64,000 bases of DNA. Origin: Anthoceros angustus. Its lineage: Eukaryota > Plantae > Anthocerotophyta. This document shows, piece by piece, positions 13,801 through 28,800 of the stretch (the stretch's first letter is position 1; the number at the start of each line of letters is the position of its first letter). The stretch spans positions 930,001-994,000 of the forward strand of contig VJWM01000108.1 in NCBI GenBank assembly GCA_010909165.1. The letters run 5' to 3'. The notes under the pieces are model-generated. The model ran no database searches and was not told the origin of the DNA. It worked only from the letters and a program-made list of their open reading frames with translations. The position numbers were made by a program, and so were the translations under genes.

Positions 13801-16800
13801 TATGCCTCGCCTTCACATGGGACACATGCAATTCTCATCACATGGATACCAGCCTCTTCACACACGTAGTAATGGGACGATGGCATTCTTGTCACCTACT
13901 CCTAGGGTAATTACATAAACCTTCTTTTCATAATCACCCGGTGGGAGCAGGCCGGTTGTAGAACCCCAAATTGTTTCCAATAGGCTTGGCTCACCACCTT
14001 CTCACACGTAGGCCAAGGTGTGTTCTGAGTATCGGCTACACAAAACGCATCATACATCGTTAGGCACATGCTTTTCAACCACATTAGAGAAAGAAGATAA
14101 TCGCCTTAATACACTCAAGGAAATCAAATCACTATGTTACCTTTTTCTTTTTATCACCATTTTCTCCAACAATATTACCAAGCCCACACATTCCACATCA
14201 TGTCATTAGATAAGGTCGGACCCTTCGTGGACACGCCACCGACTGAACCATTCATCACCTATCGGTTTTGCCTCATAGCCGGATGAATCGAGCGTCATGC
14301 ATATCGATCCAACAACTTTTGTGTGCGGCGGTGCAAAAAGACATGAACTCGATATAGGCATCTTCACGAAAGTGGCAACACTGGTGACCAAGGGCACGGC
14401 CGCAAGGTGTGAGGCGCGCCGCCCAACAGCGGCGTCGATGCACACTTGCGCACGCTCAAGCATGTAGGCACGCCCTCAAGGATGCACGCGTCCACACACG
14501 TATGCATGTGCGCCTTTTCACATTGAGTTTGGCTGCCGTTTCTTCATGCCATTCCATGGTTGCGCATCTACAGGGATTGCCTTTTGGATGAAGCCCTACA
14601 CACGACATCAACAGCAGCAACATCTCGGATAGCAGCAACATTTTGGCGTCAGTAGCTTTGACCCACGGAGGCACTCAAGCACGAGGAGCAGTTCATAAGT
14701 TCATTGTGCTTATCTCGCTTCTTTGGTCGTCTCCGTTTTGAAAAGGATCTAGAAGCTCTTACCACGCCGAGTGACTTGTGGAGTGAAGCGGGATCTTGAT
14801 TGGCGCCACGCGATTCCGTTGAGGATAATGAGGATCGGAGTGGCGGTGCGTGAAATCGTTGAGCTTTGCCCTCGCGATCGGGAGTAGATGAGTCGAGCAG
14901 GCGGTGGTGTTATTGAGATCCTCCTCGGATCACACATTAGCGTGGACCGCGTCAAAGTCTTGGGTTTTAGCATCTTGCAATATGTGTCATTGATGATACG
15001 GGATGTACCCTCTACACTAGTACAAAAATCATGGCTCGAAACCATGAAGAGAATCAAGGACTTGCTCAAAGGATCTTATGCATTGATTATAATAATAGAA
15101 AGTACATAATATTTGTGTGAAGTAGGTGTGTTATAGGTTGTTGTAACCAAATAACCAATTAAGTAACTAATTAAATTACTTCTAGTCCTAAAAATTAAAT
15201 AATTTTAATTTCTAAAATATCAATATCATTCAACACCAAATCTGCAGACTTGGTATACTAAACAATGTGGCGGTCTGGCGTCTGCGATTTTCGAGCATTC
15301 TCCCATCATTCGTGAGCCAACTACTAGGGACTACAACATTATGAAATAGGAATCTACTCAATAATTTTTTTGTCATCGGGTTCAGCTCCGACACTTGTGA
15401 CATAAAGCCAACTTCCGTGTGCAATGATAATGAAGAATGCTTTGATAGGTTGAAGTTGGTATGGGTGGCTTACTCGATAAATTGAAGCAATCTCTTGAAC
15501 AACTCTACATTGCAAGGAATATGCAAGTTGCCTTTTGAAGAAAGCCAAACTCAGCCTCATATAGTCTAATAAGGGCTGAACAAGGCATGGTTGAGCTCGT
15601 CCAATGAAAGAGGAAACCTAATCCTTTCATCCCCACCTCCACAACTATGTACCCTTTCATAGGCTTCTTGCTTTCTTTTCCATTGCTATCCTCATCACAT
15701 GCATTACTTCTAAGACCCAGAACGGCTTTAGAAAGTTCATGGAGCTTTGTTTTGATTTCATTTTGAACTATCAATTTGGTTCAAAGAACAAGTGCTATTT
15801 TTTTGCAAGAACTGTATACTCACTTTATATGATATATCGTCTTTTCCTACCATGATATACATATATATAGCATATTATCTCAAGTGAGGAATCACTCTTT
15901 ATGGTAGTCTTTCATACTAAGACATGCATGTATAGCATACTATCTTAGAAGTGTAACTACTTTTTATGATAGTCTTTTCCACCAAGACATACATATATAG
16001 CATACAAATATCTCCTTGGATCTTGACCTCACGTGATCTACCAAAATAGAAGGAAAATAAAATAAGAAATAAATAATGTTAATTCTAGAATTTAAAGGAT
16101 ACCTTATGAATTGGGCCTTAATATGTCAAATATTTCAGCACTCTCACCCACTATTTCACCACTCTCACTCACTATGAAGTAGGGATGAAAATTAGCTACC
16201 TAAAGAGCCAAACGCAGAGCCTAACTCCCACTAAACAGAAACTAGGTGCTTAAGAACATACTCCAACCTTAAGTTCATAAAGAAATGAATTAAGCTAGAG
16301 GAAAACATTTCCAAAAATATGTTTTTAAATACAAGGAAAACATGAATACGGAAATGCCTAGATAGCTCAATATGAGTATCCTGGAATATCAATTGCTTAA
16401 AATAAGCGGAATAATGTCGGATGGCCCATCTACCAACCGAAAACGGGTGCATAGGGAAACCTGCAATCCATCTATGATAGGTGTTGGCTGGTGATGCAAG
16501 CGTGGCCATGGCGCCTTGCAAATCGACCACGAGAGCACCTATATTGCGGAGGCAGGCTCTCGGTACTCTACACACCTCGGCGGTGGCGGCAATGGCGGCC
16601 TCCCTCCACCCACCTTGCACTCCGTGTAGCCTTGATATTACAAATATAGTATTTTTAGCACCATAGGCACTTACGGAAAACGTGCTTGGTATGCCCTCAA
16701 ACGCTTCACATGGGACACATGCAATTCTCATCACATGGATACCACCTCTTCACACACGTAGCAACTGGGACGATGGCATTCTTGTCACCTACTCCTAGGG

Positions 16801-19800
16801 TAATTACATAAACCTTCTTTTCATAATCACCCGGTGGGAGCAGGGTTGTAGAACCCCAAATTGTTTCCAATAGGCTTGGCACCACCTTCTCACACGTAGG
16901 CCAAGGTGTGTTCGAGCATCCTACACAAAACGACATCATACATCGTTAGGCACATGCTTTTCAACCACATTAGAGAAAGAAGATAATCGCTTTAATACAC
17001 TCAAGGAAATCAAATCGCCTTAATACACTCAAGGGAAATCAAATCGCCTATGTTACCTTTTCTTTTTATCACCATTTTCTCCAACAATATTACCAAGCCC
17101 ACACATTCCACATCATGTCATTAGATAAGGTCGGACCCTTCGTGGACACGCCACCGACTGAACCATTCATCGACTATCCGGTTTTGCCTCATAGCCGATG
17201 AATCGAGCGTCATGCATATCGATCCAACAACTTTTGTGTGCAGCAGCAAAAAAGACATGAACTCGATATAGGCATCTTCACGAAAGTGGCAACATCGGTG
17301 ACCAAGGGGCACGGCCGCAGGTGTGAGGCGCGCCGGTTCCAGCGTGCGTCGATGCACACTTGCGAGCACGCCTCAAGCATGTAGGCACGCCCTCAAGGAT
17401 GCACGCGTCCACACGATGCATGTGCGCCTTTTCACATTGAGTTTGGCTGCCGCTTTCTTCATGCCATTCCATGGTTGCGACATCTCGGGAGGATTGCCTT
17501 TTGGACCAAGCCCTACACACGACATCAACAAAGAACATCTCCGGATAGCAGCAACATTTTGGCGTCAGAAGCTTTGACCCACGGAGGCACTCAAGCACGA
17601 GGAAAGTTCATAAGTTCATTGTGCTTATCTCGCTTCTTTGGTCGTCTCCGCTTTGAAAAGGATCTAGAAGCTCTTACCACGCCGAGTGACTTGTGGAGTG
17701 AAGCGGGATCTTGATTGACGCTACGCGATTCGCTGATCGGATAATGAGGATCGGAGTGGCGGTGCACGAAATCGTTGAGCTTTGCCTCGCGACGGTCCGA
17801 GTAGATGAGTCGACGGGCGGTGGTGTTATTGAGATCCTCCTCGGATCACACATTAGCGTGGACCGGCGTCAAAGTCTTGGGTTTTAGCATCTTGCAATAT
17901 GTGTCATTGATGATACAGGATGTACCCTCTACACTAGTACAAAAATCATGGCTCGAAACCATGAAGAGAATCAAGGACTTGCTCAAAGGATCTTATGCAT
18001 TGATTATAATAATAGAAAGTACATAATATTTGTGTGAAGTAGGTGTGTTATAGGTTGTTGTAACCAAATAACCAATTAAGTAACTAATTAAATTACTTCT
18101 AGTCCTAAAAATTAAATAATTTTAATTTCTAAAATATCAATATCATTCAACACCAAATCTGCAGACTTGGTATACTAAACAATGTGGCGGTCGGCGTCTG
18201 CGATTTTCAGAGCATTCTCCCATCATTACGTGAGCCAACTACTAGGGACTACAACATTATGAAATAGGAATCTACTCAATAATTTTTTTGTCATCGGGTT
18301 CAGCTCCGACACTTGTGACATAAAGCCAACTTCCGTGTGCAATGATAATGAAGAATGCTTTGATAGGTTGAAGTTGGTATGGGTGGCTTACTCGATAAAT
18401 TGAAGCAATCTCTTGAACAACTCTACATTGCAAGGAATATGTTGCCTTTTGAAGAAAGCCAAACTCAGCCTCAGATAGTCTAATAAGGGCTGAACAAGGC
18501 ATGGTTGAGCTCGTCCAATGAAAGAGGAAACCTAATCCTTTCATCCCCACCTCCACAACTATGTACCCTTTCATAGGCTTCTTGCTTTCTTTTCCATTGC
18601 TATCCTCATCACATGCATTACTTCTAAGACCCAGCAACGGCTTTAGAAAGTTCATGGAGCTTTGTTTTGATTTCATTTTGAACTATCAATTTGCCGTAAG
18701 AACAAGTGCTATTTTTTTGCAAGAACGTATACTCACTTTATATGATATATCGTCTTTTCCTACCATGATATACATATATATAGCATATTATCTCAAGTGA
18801 GGAATCACTCTTTATGGTAGTCTTTCATACTAAGACATGCATGTATAGCATACTATCTTAGAAGTGTAACTACTTTTTATGATAGTCTTTTCCACCAAGA
18901 CATACATATATAGCATACAAATATCTCCTTGGATCTTGACCTCACGTGATCTACCAAAATAGAAGGAAAATAAAATAAGAAATAAATAATGTTAATTCTA
19001 GAATTTAAAGGATACCTTATGAATTGGGCCTTAATATGTCAAATATTTCAGCACTCTCACCCACTATTTCACCACTCTCACTCACTATGAAGTAGGGATG
19101 AAAATTAGCTACCTAAAGAGCCAAACGCAGAGCCTAACTCCCACTAAGCAGAAACTAGGTGCTTAAGAACATACTCCAACCTTAAGTTCATAAAGAAATG
19201 AATTAAGCTAGAGGAAAACATTTCCAAAAATATGTTTTTAAATACAAGGAAAACATGAATACGGAAATGCCTAGATAGCTCAATATGAGTATCCCGGAAT
19301 ATCAATTGCTTAAAATAAACGGAATAATGTCGGATGGCCCATCTACCAACCGAAACGGGTGCATAGGGAAACCTGTTGCAATCCATCTATGATAGGTGTT
19401 GGCTGGCTGATGCAAGCGTGGCCATGGCGCCTTGCAAATCGACCACGAGAGCACCTATATTGCGAGGCACGGCGGCTCGGTACTCTACACACCTCGGCGG
19501 TGGCGGCAATGGCGGCCTCCTCCACCCACCTTGCCCGCACTCGTGTAGCCTTGATATTACAAATATAGTATTTTTAGCACCATAGGCACTTACGGAAAAC
19601 GTGCTTGGTATGCCTCAAACGCTTCACATGGGACACATGCAATTCTCATCACATGGATACCCTTCACACACGTAGTAATGGGACGATGGCATTCTTGTCA
19701 CCTACTCCTAGGGTAATTACATAAACCTTCTTTTCATAATCACCCGGTGGAGGGCTGTGTAGAACCCCAAATTGTTTCCAATAGGCTTGGCATCACCACC

Positions 19801-22800
19801 TTCTCACACGTAGGCCAAGGTGTGTTTACGAGCATCGCTACACAAAACGATCATACATCGAGTTAGGTACATGCTTTTCAACCACATTAGAGAAAGAAGA
19901 TAATCGCTTAATACACTCAAGGGAAATCAAATCACTATGTTACCTTTTTCTTTTTATCACCATTTTCTCCAACAATATTACCAAGCCCACACATTCCACA
20001 TCATGTCATTAGATAAGGTCGGACCCTTCGTGGACACGCCACACCGACTGAACCATTCATCACCTATCCGCTTTGCCTCATAGCGATGAATCGAGCGTCA
20101 TGCATATCGATCCAACAACTTTTGTGTGCAGCGGTGTGCAAAAAGACATGAACTCGATATAGGCATCTTCACGAAAGTGGCAACACTGGTGACCAAGGGG
20201 CACGGCCGCAAGGTGTGAGGCGCGCCGCCCAACAGGTGCGCCGATGCACACTTGCAGCACGCCTCAAGCATGTAGGCACGCCCTCAAGGATGCACGCGTC
20301 CACACACGGATGCATGTGCGCCTTTTCACATTGAGTTTGGCTGCCGTTTCTTCATGCCATTCCATGGTTGCGGCATCTCCGGACAGGATTGCCTTTTGGG
20401 CGAAGCCCTACACACGACATCAACAGAACATCTACGGATAGCAGCAACATTTTGGCGTCAGAAGCTTTGACCCACGGAGGCACTCAAGCACGAGGAAAAG
20501 CGGTTCATAAGTTCATTGTGCTTATCTCGCTTCTTTGGTCGTCCGTTTTGAAAAGGATCTAGAAGCTCTTACCACGCCGAGTGACTTGTGGAGTGAAGCA
20601 GATCTTGATTGACGCTACGATTGATCGGATAATGAGGATCGAGTGGTGCGAGGAAATCGTTGAGCTTTGCCCTCGCGGTCCGAGTAGATGAGTCGAGCAG
20701 GTGGTGTTATTGAGATCCTCCTCGGATCACACATTAGCGTGGACCGCGTCAAAGTCTTGGGTTTTAGCATCTTGCAATATGTGTCATTGATGATACAGGA
20801 TGTACCCTCTACACTAGTACAAAAATCATGGCTCAAACCATGAAGAGAATCAAGGACTTGCTCAAAGGATCTTATGCATTGATTATAATAATAGAAAGTA
20901 CATAATATTTGTGTGAAGTAGGTGTGTTATAGGTTGTTGTAACCAAATAACCAATTAAGTAACTAATTAAATTACTTCTAGTCCTAAAATTAAATAATTT
21001 TAATTTCTAAAAATATCAATATCATTCAACACCAAATCTGCAGACTTGGTATACTAAACAATGTGGCGGTCCGGGTCATGATTTTCGAGCATTCTCCCAT
21101 CATTACGTGAGCCAACTACTAGGGACTACAACATTATGAAATAGGAATCTACTCAATAATTTTTTTGTCATCGGGTTCAGCTCCGACACTTGTGACATAA
21201 AGCCAACTTCCGTGTGCAATGATAATGAAGAATGCTTTGATAGGTTGAAGTTGGTATGGGTGGCTTACTCTCGATAAATTGAAGCAATCTCTTGAACAAC
21301 TCTACATTGCAAGGAATATATCTCGTTGCCTTTTGAAGAAAGCCAAACTCAGCCTCCGTATAGTCTAATAAGGGCTGAACAAGGCATGGTTGAGCTCGTC
21401 CAATGAAAGAGGAAACCTAATCCTTTCATCCCCACCTCCACAACTATGTACCCTTTCATAGGCTTCTTGCTTTCTTTTCCATTGCTATCCTCATCACATG
21501 CATTACTTCTAAGACCCAGAACGGCTTTAGAAAGTTCATGGAGCTTTGTTTTGATTTCATTTTGAACTATCAATTTGGTTCTTTGCAAGAACAAGTGCTA
21601 TTTTTTGCAAGAATCAGATACTCACTTTATATGATATATCGTCTTTTCCTACCATGATATACATATATATAGCATATTATCTCAAGTGAGGAATCACTCT
21701 TTATGGTAGTCTTTCATACTAAGACATGCATGTATAGCATACTATCTTAGAAGTGTAACTACTTTTTATGATAGTCTTTTCCACCAAGACATACATATAT
21801 AGCATACAAATATCTCCTTGGATCTTGACCTCACGTGATCTACCAAAATAGAAGGAAAATAAAATAAGAAATAAATAATGTTAATTCTAGAATTTAAAGG
21901 ATACCTTATGAATTGGGCCTTAATATGTCAAATATTTCAGCACTCTCACCCACTATTTCACCACTCTCACTCACTATGAAGTAGGGATGAAAATTAGCTA
22001 CCTAAAGAGCCAAGCAGAGCCTAACTCCCACTAAAGGAAACTAGGTGCTTAAGAACATACTCCAACCTTAAGTTCATAAAGAAATGAATTAAGCTAGAGG
22101 AAAACATTTCCAAAAATATGTTTTTAAATACAAGGAAAACATGAATACGGAAATGCCTAGATAGCTCAATATGAGTATCCCGGAATATCAATTGCTTAAA
22201 ATAAACGGAATAATGTCGGATGGCCCATCTACCAACCGAAAACGGTGCATAGGGAAACTGTTGCAATCCATCTATGATAGGTGTTGGCTGGCTGATGCAA
22301 GCGTGGCCATGGCGCCTTGCAAATCGACCACGAGCACCTATATTGTGAGGCACAGGCCTCGGTACTCTACACACCTCGGCGGTATGCAATGGCGGCCTCC
22401 CTCCACCCACCTTGCCCGCACTCGTAGCCTTGATATTACAAATATAGTATTTTTAGCACCATAGGCACTTACGGAAAACGTGCTTGGTATGCCTCAAACG
22501 CTTCACATGGGACACATGCAATTCTCATCACATGGATACCACCTCTTCACACACGTAGCAATGGGACGATGGCATTCTTGTCACCTACTCCTAGGGTAAT
22601 TACATAAACCTTCTTTTCATAATCACCCGGTGGGAGGGCCGGTTGTAGAACCCCAAATTGTTTCCAATAGGCTTGGCGCCACCACCTTCTCACACGTAGG
22701 CCAAGGTGTGTGAGCATCGCTACAAAACGCACTCATACATCAGTTAGGCACATGCTTTTCAACCACATTAGAGAAAGAAGATAATCGCCTTAATACACTC

Positions 22801-25800
22801 AAGGGAAATCAAATCGCCTATGTTACCTTTTTCTTTTTATCACCATTTTCTCCAACAATATTACCAAGCCCACACATTCCACATCATGTCATTAGATAAG
22901 GTCGACCCTTCGTGGACACGCCACCGACCGAACCATTCATCACTATCGGTTTTGCCTCATAGCCGGATGAATCGAACGTCATGCATATCGATCCAACAAC
23001 TTTGTGTGCAGGTGTGCAAAAAGACATGAACTCGATATAGGCATCTTCACGAAAGTGGCAACACGGTGACCAAGGGGCACGGCCGCAAGGTGTGAGGCGC
23101 GCCGCCAACAGCGCGTCGATGCACACTTGCAGCACGCTCTCAAGCATGTAGGCACGCCTCAAGGATGCACGCGCGTCACACACGGATGCATGTGCGCCTT
23201 TTCACATTGAGTTTGGCTGCCGCTTTCTTCATGCCATTCCATGGTTGCGCATCTCGGATGATTGCCTTTTGGATGAAGCCCTACACGCATCAACAGCAAA
23301 GCAACATCTCGGATAGCAGCAACATTTTGGCGTCAGAGCTTTGACCCACGGAGGCACTCAAGCACGAGGGTTCATAAGTTCATTGTGCTTATCTCGCTTC
23401 TTTGGTCGCCTCCGTTTGAAAAGGATCTAGAAGCTCTTACCACGCCGAGTGACTTGTGGAGTGAAGCGGGATCTTGATTGACGCTTCGATTCCGTTGATC
23501 GGATAATGAGGATCGGAGTGGCGGCAATGGCGGCCTCCTCCACCCACCTTGCACTCGTAGCCTTGATATTACAAATATAGTATTTTTAGCACCATAGGCA
23601 CTTACGGAAAACGTGCTTGGTATGCCTCGAACGCTTCACATGGGACACATGCAATTCTCATCACATGGATACCGCCTCTTCACACACGTAGCAACTGGGA
23701 CGATGGCATTCTTGTCACCTACTCCTAGGGTAATTACATAAACCTTCTTTTCATAATCACCCGGTGGGAGGGCCGGGTTGTAGAACCCCAAATTGTTTCC
23801 AATAGGCTTGGCAATACCACCTTCTCACACGTAGGCCAAGGTGTGTTTACAAAGAGCATCGGCTACACAAAGCATAAATATACATCGTTAGGCACATGCT
23901 TTTCAACCACATTAGAGAAAGAAGATAATCGCCTTAATACACTCAAGGGAAATCAAATCGCCTATGTTACCTTTTTCTTTTTATCACCATTTTCTCCAAC
24001 AATATTACCAAGCCCACATTCCACATCATGTCATTAGATAAGGTCGACCCTTCGTGGACACGCCACCGACCGAACCATTCATCGACTATCCGTTTGCCTC
24101 ATAGCCGATGAATCGAACGTCATGCATATCGATCCAACAACTTTGTGTGCAGAAAAAGACATGAACTCGATATAGGCATCTTCACGAAAGTGGCAACACT
24201 GACCAAGGGGCACGGCCGCAGGTGTGAGGCGCGCCTTTCCTAACAGCGTAAGGTCCGATGCACACTTGCACGCCTCAAGCATGTAGGCACGCCTCAAGGA
24301 TGCACGCGTCCACACGATGCATGTGCGCCTTTTCACATTGAGTTTGGCTGCTTTCTTCATGCCATTCCATGGTTGCGCATCTCGGACAGATTGCCTTTTG
24401 GATGAAGCCCTACACACGACATCAACAAAGCAACATCTCGGATAGCAACATTTTGGCGTCAGCTTTGACCCACGGAGGCACTCAAGCACGAGGAAAAGTT
24501 CATAAGTTCATTGTGCTTATCTCGCTTTGGTCGCCTCCGCTTTGAAAAGGATCTAGAAGCTCTTACCACGCCGAGTGACTTGTGGAGTGAAGGATCTTGA
24601 TTGACGCCACGCGATTCCGTTGATCGGATAATGAGGATCGGAGTGGCGCACGAGGAAATCGTTGAGCTTTGCCCTCGCGACCGGTAGATGAGTCCAACGG
24701 GCGGTGGTGTTATTGAGATCCTCCTCGGATCACACATTAGCGTGGACGCGTCAAAGTCTTGGGTTTTAGCATCTTGCAATATGTGTCATTGATGATACAG
24801 GATGTACCCTCTACACTAGTACAAAAATCATGGCTCGAAACCATGAAGAGAATCAAGGACTTGCTCAAGGATCTTATGCATTGATTATAATAATAGAAAG
24901 TACATAATATTTGTGTGAAGTAGGTGTGTTATAGGTTGTTGTAACCAAAATAACCAATTAAGTAACTAATTAAATTACTTCTAGTCCTAAAAATTAAATA
25001 ATTTTAATTTCTAAAAATATCAATATCATTCAACACCAAATCTGCAGACTTGGTATACTAAACAATGTGGCGGTCCGGCCGTCATGATTTTCGAGCATTC
25101 TCCCATCATTACGTGAGCCAACTACTAGGGACTACAACATTATGAAATAGGAATCTACTCAATAATTTTTTGTCATCGGGTTCAGCTCGACACTTGTGAC
25201 ATAAAGCCAACTTCCGTGTGCAATGATAATGAAGAATGCTTTGATAGGTTGAAGTTGGTATGGGTGGCTTACTCGATAAATTGAAGCAATCTCTTGAACA
25301 ACTCTACATTGCAAGGAATATGCAAGTTGCCTTTTGAAGAAAGCCAAACTCAGCCTCCGTATAGTCTAATAAGGGCTGAATAAGGCATGGTTGAGCTCGT
25401 CCAATGAAAGAGGAAACCTAATCCTTTCATCCCCACCTCCACAACTATGTACCCTTTCATAGGCTTCTTGCTTTCTTTTCCATTGCTATCCTCATCACAT
25501 GCATTACTTCTAAGACCAGAACGGCTTTAGAAAGTTCATGGAGCTTTGTTTTGATTTCATTTTGAACTATCAATTTGGTTGCAAGAACAAGTGCTATTTT
25601 TTGCAAGAACCGTATACTCACTTTATATGATATATCGTCTTTTCCTACCATGATATACATATATATAGCATATTATCTCAAGTGAGGAATCACTCTTTAT
25701 GGTAGTCTTTCATACTAAGACATGCATGTATAGCATACTATCTTAGAAGTGTAACTACTTTTTATGATAGTCTTTTCCACCAAGACATACATATATAGCA

Positions 25801-28800
25801 TACAAATATCTCCTTGGATCTTGACCTCACGTGATCTACCAAAATAGAAGGAAAATAAAATAAGAAATAAATAATGTTAATTCTAGAATTTAAAGGATAC
25901 CTTATGAATTGGGCCTTAATATGTCAAATATTTCAGCACTCTCACCCACTATTTCACCACTCTCACTCACTATGAAGTAGGGATGAAAATTAGCTACCTA
26001 AAGAGCCAAGCAGAGCCTAACTCCCACTAAACAGAAACTAGGTGCTTAAGAACATACTCCAACCTTAAGTTCATAAAGAAATGAATTAAGCTAGAGGAAA
26101 ACATTTCCAAAAATATGTTTTAAATACAAGGAAAACATGAATACGGAAATGCCTAGATAGCTCAATATGAGTATCTGGAATATCAATTGCTTAAAATAAG
26201 CGGAATAATGTCGGATGGCCCATCTACCAACCAAAACGGTGCATAGGGAAACTGTTGCAATCCATCTATGATAGGTGTTGGCTGATGCAAGCGTGGCCAT
26301 GGCGCCTTGCAAATCGACCACGAGCACCTATATTGCGAGGAGGCACGGCGGCTCTTACTACACACCTCGGCGGTGGCGGCAATGGCGGCCTCCTCCACCC
26401 ACCTTGCCTCGTGACCCGTAGCCTTGATATTACAAATATAGTATTTTTAGCACCATAGGCACTTACGGAAAACGTGCTTGGTATGCCTCGAACGCTTCAC
26501 ATGGGACACATGCAATTCTCATCACATGGATACCTCTTCACACACGTAGCAACTGGGACGATGGCATTCTTGTCACCTACTCCTAGGGTAATTACATAAA
26601 CCTTCTTTCATAATCACCCGGTGGGAGGTTGTAGAACCCCAAATTGTTTCCAATAGGCTTGGCTCACCACCTTCTCACACGTAGGCCAAGGTGTGTTTAC
26701 TGAGTATCACTACACAAAACGATCATACATCGAGTTAGGCACATGCTTTTCAACCACATTAGAGAAAGAAGATAATCGCCTTAATACACTCAAGGGAAAT
26801 CAAATCGCCTATGTTACCTTTTTCTTTTTTATCACCATTTTCTCCAACAATATTACCAAGCCCACACATTCCACATCATGTCATTAGATAAGGTCAGACC
26901 CTTCGTGGACACACCACCTGACCTGAACCATTCATCAGCTATCCAGTTTTGCCTCATAGCCAGATGAATCGAACGTCATGCATATCGATCCAACAACTTT
27001 TGTGTGCAGCAAAAAAAGACATGAACTCGATATAGGCATCTTCACGAAAGTGGCAACACGGTGACCAAGGGCACGGCGGCCTTGTACTCTACACACCTCG
27101 GCGGTGGCGGCAATGGCGGCCTCCTCCACCCACCTTGCCTCGCACCCGTAGCCTTGATATTACAAATATAGTATTTTTAGCACCATAGGCACTTACGGAA
27201 AACGTGCTTGGTATGCCCTCGAACGCTTCACATGGGACACATGCAATTCTCATCACATGGATACCTCTTCACACACGTAGCAACTGGGACGATGGCATTC
27301 TTGTCACCTACTCCTAGGGTAATTACATAAACCTTCTTTCATAATCACCCGGTGGGAAGCAGGGGTTGTAGAACCCCAAATTGTTTCCAATAGGCTTGGC
27401 TCACCACCTTCTCACACGTAGGCCAAGGTGTGTTTACTGAGTATCACTACACAAAACGATCATACATCGTTAGGCACATGCTTTTCAACCACATTAGAGA
27501 AAGAAGATAATCGCCTTAATACACTCAAGGGAAATCAAATCGCCTATGTTACCTTTTTCTTTTTATCACCATTTTCTCCAACAATATTACCAAGCCCACA
27601 TTCCACATCATGTCATTAGATAAGGTCGACCCTTCGTGGACACCACCGACCGAACCATTCATCGCTATCCGGTTTTGCCTCATAGCCGATGAATCGAGCG
27701 TCATGCATATCGATCCAACAACTTTTGTGTGCGGTGTGCAAAAAGACATGAACTCGATATAGGCATCTTCACGAAAGTGGCAACACGGTGACCAAGGGCA
27801 CGGCCGCAGGTGTGAGGCGCGCCGTTCCAACAGCGTGCGTCGATGCACACTGCACGCCTCAAGCATGTAGGCACGCCCTCAAGGATGCACGCGTCCACAC
27901 ACGGATGCATGTGCGCCTTTTCACATTGAGTTTGGCTGCCGTTTCTTCATGCCATTCCATGGTTGCGGCATCTCGACAGGATTGCCTTTTGGATGAAGCC
28001 CTACACACGACATCAGCAGCAACATCTCCGGATAGCAGCAACATTTTGGCGTCAGAGCTTTGACCCACGGAGGCACTCAAGCACGAGGAAAAGCAGTTCA
28101 TAAGTTCATTGTGCTTATCTCGCTTCTTTGGTCGTCTCCGTTTGAAAAGGATCTAGAAGCTCTTACCACGCCGAGTGACTTGTGGAGTGAAGCAGATCTT
28201 GATTGACGCCACGCGATTCCGTTGGATCGGATAATGAGGATCGGAGTGGCGGTGCACGCCTCAAGGGAAATCGTTGAGCTTTGCCCTCGCGAAAGTCCGA
28301 GTAGATGAGTCGAGCAGGCGGTGGTGTTATTGAGATCCTCCCTCGGATCACACATTAGCGTGGACCGCGTCAAAGTCTTGGGTTTTAGCATCTTGCAATA
28401 TGTGTCATTGATGATACAGGATGTACCCTCTACACTAGTACAAAAATCATGGCTCGAAACCATGAAGAGAATCAAGGACTTGCTCAAAGGATCTTATGCA
28501 TTGATTATAATAATAGAAAGTACATAATATTTGTGTGAAGTAGGTGTGTTATAGGTTGTTGTAACCAAATAACCAATTAAGTAACTAATTAAATTACTTC
28601 TAGTCCTAAAAATTAAATAATTTTAATTTCTAAAATATCAATATCATTCAACACCAAATCTGCAGACTTGGTATACTAAACAATGTGGCGGTCCGGCGTC
28701 TGCGATTTTCGAGCATTCTCCCATCATTACGTGAGCCAACTACTAGGGACTACAACATTATGAAATAGGAATCTACTCAATAATTTTTTTGTCATCGGGT

